Shown here: piece after piece, positions 54,945-64,000 of the stretch | Layout: each line of letters opens with the position of its first letter | Numbering within the stretch: the stretch's first letter is position 1 | Assembly (NCBI GenBank): GCA_025558095.1 | Contig: JAIVFI010000025.1 | Span: 62,001 to 126,000 of the forward strand | From: Hyaloraphidium curvatum SAG 235-1 | Lineage: Eukaryota > Fungi > Monoblepharomycota | Length of the DNA stretch: 64,000 bases | Direction: 5' to 3' | Notes under the pieces: model-generated | The model's input: only the letters and a program-made list of their open reading frames with translations | The model's database searches: none | What the model was told of the DNA's origin: nothing | Translations under genes and position numbers: made by a program

Positions 54945-56115
54945 GTCGGGCGGCGGTGGGCGGCCCCGAGCGCGCGGGGCAGGGGCACGGGCGGGCGATG
55001 AATTAGAAGGGAGAACGGATGGTCGATCGGTCCCCAAACCCCGGCAGAGTCAGGCAACTACGTCACTGACGGCCTGTGGCGGAGCGATGCTGCACGCTCC
55101 GATGCGCTTGCCCTATCGCACCGTGCTCACCTCACGCTGCGCTCTGCCCGGACGGATAGCCGAGAGAGCTGCGCGTATAAGCATAACGGATGACGATCGA
55201 CTTTCGGACGCCTTCCCGTCCGTCCCGCAGCTCGTCCGCCGGTGCCATCCATCCATCAGTCCATCCATCGCCGGCGCGCAAGTGCCCTTGCGGGAGGGGG
55301 TGAGGGGCGGGCCGGGTTCGACGTCCGGGAGGGAGGACGGACGGGACGCGGCGCGCGGACGTCCCATCGATGCAGCGCGGCTCGGCGCGGCGGCTTCCCG
55401 ATCCGTGGGTTCCGCATCGCAATCCGTGCTGCCATCCATCTGCCGTCTTGTACGTGCGATGCGGCGCAAGGTCGCAGCCCCACCGCCGATCGCCGCGTAT
55501 TGGCCGCCGCCCACCACACGTCCCTCGGCGAAAGCCCCGCCGACGCGGTCCCGCGGATGCCGCACCGTCGGGCCGGTGTGTCGGCGGGGTTGTTCGTCGC
55601 CGGGTGGGTGGGTGGGAGATGATGGCCGGTGGACCGGTGGCCGATCGGACTCTGGGGAGGCGTTGCGCCGCCGGCGACGAACCACCGGGCCCCTCCCCGC
55701 CTCCCCGGCGCCGATCCGCCAGCACACGAGGCGTGCCCACCTTCAGGCAGCACGCCCGGCGTGCCGGTCGGCGGTTTCGCCGCGGTTCGCCCGCTGTCCC
55801 CCACGGTTGGCGCGGAAGGGCTGTGAGGCGGCCGCGGGCCTGGACCGGGCAGGTTACCGAACCCGACAAAATGGTCGTTTTCCGCCTCGGAGCAGGCATA
55901 CAGGGCTGGAGCTGGTCCGTTGATTCTCTGGCACCCGTTCGGCGGTATTGCTGCCTCGCTAAATGCACTGCCTTGCCCGTGGGCAGCGTGGGAAACAGGG
56001 CGATTTTTTTGGTGCCCCATAATATCTCTTTCGTTCGCCACCCCCAACCCAACCCAATCTCTCCCACACCCGGACACCCAACACCGCCCGGCCCAGCGCG
56101 CGAGGGTTTCGGGCG

Positions 56116-58672
56116 ATGCCCGGCACCGGCGACCCCGACGGCGACGCGCGGGCGGGCACGGAGGCCGGGGACGAGGCCGCGCGCGGCCCGGGAGGCAGGC
56201 AGAGGAGGCCGAGGGGGGGCGGTGCCGGCGCCGCGCCCCCCGCGCCTTCGGACCCCGCCGGGAGCGCAGGCACGCAGCAGCAGACTCCGCCGGCCCGCGG
56301 CGGCGGCGGCGATCCGGGGGGCAGCCCGATGCTCGAGGTCGTGCGGGCCATGACGCTGGCGGACCCCGCGGGGCGCCCCGGCGGCGGGCGGCGCGGCAGG
56401 GCGGCGGCGAGCGAGAGCGGGAGCTCGGGCGACGCGGACGCGGAGGAGGACGACGGGGAGGGGATGGACGGGGACGAGGGGGGCATTGCTGTGCCGGGGG
56501 GGGACGGCGAGGGGCACGAGGGCGGCCGCGAGGTGCGGCGGCGGAGGCGGCTGACGCCCGAGGGTGGGTGCTGCATGGCGCCACATGGTGCCGGGATCGC
56601 CGGGGGTCGGCTGCCGCCCGGGCGGCGCGGGGGTGCCTGGCACGTGACTCACGCCTCCTCCCGCAGAAACGCAGCTGCTGCTGGCCACCTTTGCCCACAC
56701 GCAGACGCCGCCGGCGCAGATGCGCGCGCAGCTGGGGGCGCGGCTGCACATGAGCCCGCGCGCCATCCAGATCTGGTTCCAGAACAGGCGGGCAAAGGTG
56801 GGCTGGGCCTGCTAGGCGTTGCGTGCCCCCCCCCCGCTCACCGCTATCGCAATCTCCCGTGCCGCCCCCCCTCGGATGGCCCCCTGCGCCCACGCCCCGC
56901 CGCCGCGCGATCCCGTGCCGCCCCCGCAGCTCAAGCGCCAGGCCGCGCAGGCGGCGCTGCTGAGCCCGCCGCCGCCGCCGCCGCCGGCCGCGCTCGACCC
57001 CGCGCGGCTGCCGCCCACCATGGTGTACCGCCACCCGCACGCGCCACACGCGCCGTACGCGCAGCAGCCGTACCCGCCGCACGCGCTGCAGCTCGCGCAC
57101 GGGCACGCCCACGCCGCGCTGGCCGCGGCCGCCGCGCCCCCGCTGCCGATGCGCCACGCGCAGTACCCGCCCCCGCTGGCACAGCGCGCCCCGCCGCCGC
57201 AGCACCCGCAGCACGCGCAGCACCCGCAGCACCCTCAGCACGAGGGCGGCTTCCGCGGGCAGATGGGGCAGGTGGGGCAGGTGGCGCAGGGGCCGCAGGC
57301 CGGCTACCCGCCGTCCGGGTACCGCCCCCCCTTCCGCGACTACGGCTACTTCCCGCCCCTCGCCGCGCAGCCGCCCGCCCCGCTGGCGTCGCCGCCGCAA
57401 GGCTACGAATGGGACCGCCGCTCGCACGGCGCTGGCCGCTTCGCGCCCTACCCGCAGCCGCACTACCCCGCGCGCCCCCCCGCACCCCCGCAGGCATGGC
57501 GCTCGCAGCAGCCGCAGCACCCCCGCGCGTGGCCGTCGCCGGCAGGCGAGGGGATGATGGACGTGGACGGGCGCCGGGAGGCCTTCTACCGCGACCCGCG
57601 CGGCGACCGCCCGCAGCCCTCGCGGCCGAGGGCTGGAAGCCGCCCGCAGGCGTACCTCGCGCCGCCCGTGCAGCCGCAGCCCGGCGACGACATGGCCGGC
57701 CTCTCGCGGCGGCGCGCCTCGCTCCCCCCAGACTTCCTCCGCCCCATGCTCCCCCCGCCCCCCCTCCCCCCCTCCTCCGAGGAATCGGACCCCGACTCCC
57801 CGGCCTCGGACGACCAGCCCGCCGCCCCCGCGCAAGTGCACGTCCCGCACACCCGCCCCCGCGCGACCTCGAACCCGCAGCGCTTCATCACCGAGGCCGA
57901 GCAGACCGCCGTCGCCGTCCTGCAGGACATTTCCGGCCCCCGCGCGCGGTACGCCGTTCCCGCCACCTCGGCGCGCACCTACCCGAAGCAGCAGGCGGCG
58001 CAGGGGTACGCGTACTCCCCCCGCCCCCGCATGCCCGCCGCCCTCCCCCGCGCAGCAGCCGCGGCGCCCCCGCCGTCCCCCGTGGAGCGCCGTGTGCGGT
58101 ACGTTCCCAAACCCTCCCCCGCGCCCACGGTGCAGCACCGCCGCGGCACCTCGCTCGGCTCGTTCCCCCCGCCGCGCCCGCCCTCCCCTCCCCCCTCCCC
58201 GCAGACCGAGTCGCCCGATCCGATGGACCTCTCCCCGTCGACCGTGCCGCCGACCCCGAGCGAGTTCTCGGTGCCCGTCACCCGCCGCCCCGGGCACCGG
58301 CGCTCGCTCTCGGCGCCGCACGTGGTGGAAGACCACGCGTACGCGCTGCTGGACCTCGAGCGGGGCGCGCGGCAGGCTGCCCGGCAGCTGTTTGCCCATC
58401 TGGCCGCGGACCCGCTGCATCCCACCGCCGCCGACTCGGCCCTCGCGCGCACGCACCGCGCCGACCTCGCCGCCTCGCGGTTCCCCTATGCGCCCCTGCC
58501 CGAGCCCCCCGCGCTGCCCACGGGCGCGTGGCCGGGGGAACTGATCCCCGGGCGGCAGTTCGAGGCGCGCGGGAGGGAGGTGGCCAGGGAGGTCGGGAGG
58601 GGGGGGGGGAGGTGGTTGGTGGGGGTCGGGGGGGGGACGAGGGAGCACCATGCGAGCATGGTGCCGCTGTGA
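56116..58672 (+). CDS. Homeodomain transcription factor with long Pro/Gln/His-rich tail
   Basis: RRRRRLTPE|ETQLL...F....P....R..L...L.MSPRAIQIWFQNRRAK|LKR across two introns. Confidence 0.9.
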
Positions 58673-60299
58673 ACCGCCCTTTTGCTCGGCGGGAGGGGGC
58701 ATGGAAGGGGGGGGATGCGTGGCGGGGAACGGGGGACGGGGAAGAAGGGGGGAAGGACGGGGATGCACGGGCAGGGGTGGGCTTTCGTTTGGCAGCTTTG
58801 CGGCACGGATCAAAGGTGTGTAGCATAGGCATTGGATCGGGAATCGCATTTCGGATTTTTGCTTTTCTACAGAGAGTTGGGCTCGAGGTCGGTGACGGGC
58901 GTCGCATCTCCCGTTGCGGGACCGGACCTGCTCGTCGGCGTGTCGGGCTCCTGTGCGTGTACGAACCAAAGGCCGCTACCGCCGCCTCGACGGGGGCTTG
59001 CCCTCGCGCAACGCCCGGAGAAGGATGTCGCTGCCCATGCCCCGCGCTGTTTGAATCCGTGCGCGGAGGCGGGCCGTGTACCGTGCCATCAAACCCCCCG
59101 CGTCCCATTCCTTACCGTCTGATCCTTCCAGCGGGGGGTGCGCGCGTCGGGCGATCCGTGGGATGAAGGCTGCTGCCGCGGGTCCGAGCCGACCGCGGGT
59201 CTCTTGGCCGAGAGGAACGTGGTCCACCGGCCGGAGCCGGGTCCGGCATCGCGAAGCGACCGTTGGAATGCTCCACCTTCTTGGCCTCGGCGTTCGCGGC
59301 CGTCACCCCAGGCTCGCGCGCCGCATCCAGAGACTGCGAAACAGACGGGAGGCACACCGTGGGGTCAATGATGATCGGCCGCCGGTCGATGCAGGGAAGG
59401 AACCGGTGGGGAGGGCCCGGGAGGAGTGGTTGGGCGGATGGCGGAGGCCGACCTGTACGAGGATGAGGGGACACGGGAGGAGAGTGAAAGGGCGGGAGCG
59501 GCCGATCTTTCCGTTCCCCGATCCTTCGGTGGCGCGCGGCGATCGGATCGGCCGGCATATTGGGCAAGCGGACGACGAGGATCGCACCCTCCCATGCGCG
59601 CGATTGGACGATCGCGGCCCCCGGGCGGTGCCGGGAAGCCCATCGCTGCGGCTGCCGCGCGGCCGTACGGGGACGGCCGGCGGCGGAATCGGATTGGCTT
59701 CCCGGGTGGCTTCACTTCGCCGCCCCGCCCCGTGCCCGACCGTCCGGTCGGCCATGACTTGTGCTGCGCACGGGATATGAATCGCTTCGGCTCCATGTTC
59801 TCGACCGCTGTGGCCTACCTCTGATCCCCGTGTTTCCCCGTTCCCTGCGGCCCGTGGTCCCGCGGTCCCGTTCCAGTTGCGGACGCCGAGGCGTCCCCGG
59901 CCGCGCCCCGGGGACGGGGCGGAAGAGAACGAGGGTGATCGGATGGGATGGTTTGCGGGGTTCTAGGGCGGAGGAAGACGAGGGAACCGGGTAGTTCGGG
60001 CGGCCGAAAGGTGGAGGCGAAGCCAGCCAGTGGGAGACAGCTCTTGACTGGGGATCGGTTGCTCAGACATGCATCGATGCGCGCCACCGCGCGCAGGGCA
60101 GAATCCCACAACAACATTTTAAGCACAGCGCAACGTGGCAAGTTCGGTTCGGCATTTCGGCGAAGTTGACCGAGGTTTTTACTCTCACAGGCTTCACCGC
60201 GGTGGCAAGGTTTCCGGCGGTGAAGTTATTCGCCAGCCATCAAGAACCGGTTCAGGACATCACTCCCCACCTCGCGGACGACCAGAGCGCGCAGCAGCG

Positions 60300-62973
60300 A
60301 TGGCAGGAATCTTCTGTAGGTGTCGGACGCATGGCTGGACCTCGCAGGCCGTGGCGGAGGCACGCGCGGGCGCCCCGGAGCGGCGGTCTCCGGTCACGGG
60401 GACGACCCCCCCGGTGGTCTCCTTCCCCGGCTCCCCGGCCTCCTAGCGGCCCGTTCCTGCGCCTCCCGAGCCCATTCTGACGTTCCCGCCCCGCCCCGTT
60501 CCTTTCGGCGGCCGCCACCCGCATCCTGTGCCTTTGCGCCGGGTTCCGAACCCGTTGTCTCCCACCTCCCCCACTCGCCCCCGCATCCCCCGGCGCTCCC
60601 CGGCCCCTCGCGACCCCCGCGGCCTTTTTTCGCCCATTTTTCCACCCCGGGACATGCGCCGGCAGACCCGAAACGCGAGGGGTACGTGACGCCACCGTGT
60701 CTCCGGGTCTGCGCAACGGCACCGGCCCGGCCGCCCCCGTTTGGACCCCGCTCACCCGCCCCGCCCGCCGCAGGACCCATGTCGCGACCGACGCCGTCGA
60801 GTCTTTCGTGCCCGAGGGCGACTGGTGAGTGGCCCATCCGTGCCCCCCCAAGGAGTGGGGATGCTGATCACCGCATTCTCCTTCGTGCGCAGGGCGCCCG
60901 AGGAGGAGGCCAAGGTCCTGCGCAAACTGGACAACAGGATCCTGCTGCCGTGCTTCCTGATGATGTGGGTTCCTTTCCCGGACGGCCCCGCGCACCCCGG
61001 CACCTCAAATTGCTGATCACCCCTCCCTCGTGCATCAGGTTCATCGGCTACCTGGACCGTCAGAACATGGCCAACGCCAAGGTGCTCAACGCCGGCAAAC
61101 CCGACTCGATCGAGCAGTCCTGGGGCCTCACGGGGTCGCAGTACAACTGGGTCATCTCGATCTACGGCATCGGTCTCTTCATCACGGAGCCCTGGGTGCG
61201 TCGGGCCTCACATGTGTGCGCGCAACGCGTGCTGATCCCGCATCTTTGCGCCGCAGACCAACTTCCTGCTCAAGAAGATGTCGCCCCCCACCTGGTTCGC
61301 CCGCATCATGGTCACCTGTGCGTCGCTTTGCCGCCCGCGCGGCCCCCGCCTCGCTGACCGACCTTCCGCACGCAGGGGGCGCCATCGTCATGTGCCAGGC
61401 CGCCGTGACCAACTTTGCCGGCGCCATGGCGACGCGCTTCTTCCTCGGTGTGGCCGAGGGCGGTCTCCTCCCCGGCGTGCCGTACTACCTCAGGTGCGCA
61501 GACCTCCTCGAACGATCGATCACCCGCTCACGCACGTTTCCCCATCCTCCTTCCCCCGTCCCGCTTCCTGCAGCTTCTGGTACACCCAGCGTGAGCGCGG
61601 CGTCCGCATGGGCATCTCGTACACCGGCCTCGGCACCGCGGGCATGGTCGGCGGCTTCATCGCCATGGGCGTGCAGAACATGAACGGCGCCGGCGGCCTC
61701 CTGGCGTGGCAGTGGTGGGTTCCGCCTGCGCGGGGCTGCCGCTCTCCGTTTGCTCATGCGCCCGTCCGCGGTGCAGGCTGTTCATCATTGAGGGCATCCC
61801 GGCCGTCCTCTTCGGAATCGTGATCTACTTGTGCGCACGACCGCGCGTCACCTCGCGCCTTCTCTGACCTCCCTGCTCCGCAGCTTCCTGCCCGCCTACC
61901 CCCAGGACGCCAAGTTCCTCACGGAGTCGCAGAAGGACATCTCGATCCGCCGCCTGCCCCCCAACGCCCCCAGCTCCGTGGACAAGATCGACATGGGCGC
62001 CATCAAGAAGGAGCTCAAGGACCCCGTGCTCTGGCTCTTCTTCGGCGCCATGTGCGTATGCCTGATCATTGATCCGCCCTGCACTTCTGACCCCACCCGT
62101 CACCTTAGGCTCTTCATCGTCATCCCCATTGCCGGCGCCGCCGCTCTGCTCCCCTCCATCATCCTCGGCCTCGGCTTCAAGACCTCGACCCAGGCCAACG
62201 GCCTCGCCGCCGCCGTCAACGCCATGGCCGTCGTCACCACGCTGCTCAACACTTGGCACTCGGACTGGGTCAACGAGCGCTACTGGCACGTCATGGGCAC
62301 CGTCAGCTTCTTTGGTGGGTTTGCGCCGTTCCTTTCCGCGGGCATGCGTCTGATCGCCCGCCGCTCCAGCCCTCTGCGGTTCCCTCCCCCTCGCCATCAC
62401 CGCCACGAACCCCACCCTGGTGTCCCCCGGCGGCCGTCTTGCCTTCGTGCTCCTGGCCGGCGTCATCTCGTCGAGCTACCCCATCGTCTGGGCGTACCGC
62501 GCCAACACGGCCAAGGGCACCTCGCGCGCCACCGTCAACTCGGCCCTGACGCTCACCGCCTATGCCGGAGGTGGGCATCCGCGGCCGCCGTCCTGCGGCC
62601 TTAATCTCACGGCGCGTTCCAGGTCTCGTCGTCGGCCCCCAGCTCTTCCCCAACCAGGACGCCCCGAACTACGTGCCCGGCATGTGGGCTTCGTTCGGCC
62701 TGTACTGGGCCGGCCTCCTCTGCTTCTCGGGTGCGTCGCGCTCTTGGCCGCACGCCGACCCGCCGTCCTGACGATCGTTCCCCGCATCCAGTCATCCCGC
62801 TCGTCCTCCGCCGCCAGCTCAAGAACGACGCCGAGGACGCTCGCATCGTGCTCGCCGGGCACGAGGCCGCCCTGCCCCAGAGCGACGTCAAGATCGGCAT
62901 GGAGAACATGGGCGAGGCCGCCAAGCCCGCCGATGCCGTGCAGATGCCAGTGGCCGTCAACGAGAAGGTGTGA
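60300..62973 (+). CDS. MFS transporter, anion:cation symporter (Dal5/Tna1-like), many introns
   Basis: EEAKVLRKLD.RIL, YLDRQN.ANAK, TEP..N.LLKK..P..W, RFFLGVAEGG..PG..YYL.FWY...E...R, WQWLFIIEG, HSD...ER..H; start at 60300 inferred via two 16-nt exons and is uncertain. Confidence 0.88.
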
Positions 62974-63197
62974 TGCGGACGTTGGTGTGCACAGTGTAGG
63001 AGTGCGCGACGGAAGTTTTTGGATCGTTTCGTCGGTGGCCGTCGCGGAGACGAGACGGACAAGAGTAAAAGAAACGTGTGTACATACACGCGACTGGTGC
63101 GCAGACCAGTGACTGTACAGAGAGTTGGCTAAAAGTGACGACGTGGAAAGTTGTTTCGTAAAATCTGCCCGCCAATCCATGAGCTTCGTGAACGTCG

Positions 63198-64000
63198 TCA
63201 CTTGGTCGCCGCCGCGATCGCCTCGAGCTCCTCGCCGACCTTGGGAAAAGTCGGCCGATCCGCCGGCTCCTGGGCCCAGCTCCGCTCCATGACCGCCCAA
63301 ACGCTGTCGAGGACATCCGCAGGGCGATCAGGTCTTGCTCCCTTGGATGTGACCGCGTACGACACCTGCAAAGCATCCGTCAGATGAGCCCTCGTCGGAG
63401 CCAGCTGGACTCACCGCCCAGTAGTTGGGAGCCCCCCCGAACGGATACAGTCCGTTGCTGACGACCTCGTAGCACAGCATAGCGAAGCTGAAAACGTCCG
63501 CCGGCGGCCGGAGGGGTTCTCCCATCATGATCTCGGGCGCCATGAAGCCCACAGTTCCGCCCGGCACGTGCGCGTCCGGCCCGCCGATGCTGACCGATCC
63601 GTCGCCCGGCTGGCGGAACTTGGAGAGCCCGAAGTCCGAAACCAGTGCGCGCCCGGCCGCGGCGTCGACGAGGACGTTGGCGCACTTGAGGTCACCGTGC
63701 AGGATGCCGAAAGAATGCAAGTAGCTCATGCCCCGCGCCACGTCGCAGAGGAGGCGCAGACCCTGGTCGCGAGGCCACGAACGGGATTTCAGGTATTCCC
63801 GCAGGTTGCCGCCGTCGGCGATCTCGGAGATGAGCATCGGGGGATCAATGGTGAATGCGATCAGAGGCAGCACTGGAAACCATGTTCACTGCGCGATCTC
63901 AGGGCATGAGGAAGCACCTGCAACTTACCGTTGCGCTGGGCCAGCCCCTCCCAGTTCTTGATCTCCTTGGCGAACGCTCTCGCTGCATCCACGTCGAACT
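63198..64000 (-). CDS. TKL-type protein kinase (3' part; runs off window end)
   Basis: GMSYLH, HGDLKCANVLVD, DFGLS, GTVGFMAPE, DVFSFAM, W...PADRPTF; stop TGA at 63198-63200. Confidence 0.9.

Noticed and set aside
55256-58969. 1237-aa minus-strand ORF and the 1016-aa plus ORF 56116-59166
   Set aside because: Arg/Gly/Ala low-complexity shadows of the GC-rich homeobox gene; the real product needs two splices

Overview
Eukaryotic, gene-dense, very GC-rich nuclear DNA with many short (about 50-70 nt) spliceosomal introns. The mix of Zn2Cys6 factor, TVP18, PMC1, HGDLK-type TKL kinases and a DHX40-like helicase suggests an early-diverging (chytrid/monoblepharid-like) fungus; this is inference only. 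About 30 protein-coding loci were reconstructed by hand across introns. Housekeeping genes: PMC1 Ca-ATPase, CDC20, NDUFS8, TVP18, RED/IK, DEAH helicase. Other blocks: a metabolic block (PTS2-SDR, hydantoinase-DUF917, NAD-dependent epimerase, P450, cytochrome b561); a VPS9-ankyrin-PX/BAR-TLDc fusion; a vWA-TKL kinase between two paralogous DUF7918-like genes that share a GC-AG intron; bacterial-type YdhR and AhpD-like genes; two tandem intronless DUF4436 membrane proteins; a divergent acyl-CoA dehydrogenase / nitronate monooxygenase pair; a decayed Zn2Cys6 gene; a homeobox gene; an MFS permease; and a partial TKL kinase. Three CpG-depleted intergenic patches look like methylation-eroded repeat relics. 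No rRNA, tRNA or CRISPR was recognised. Most long ORFs in the supplied track are GC-rich antisense shadows. All family calls come from motifs read by eye, not from database searches.
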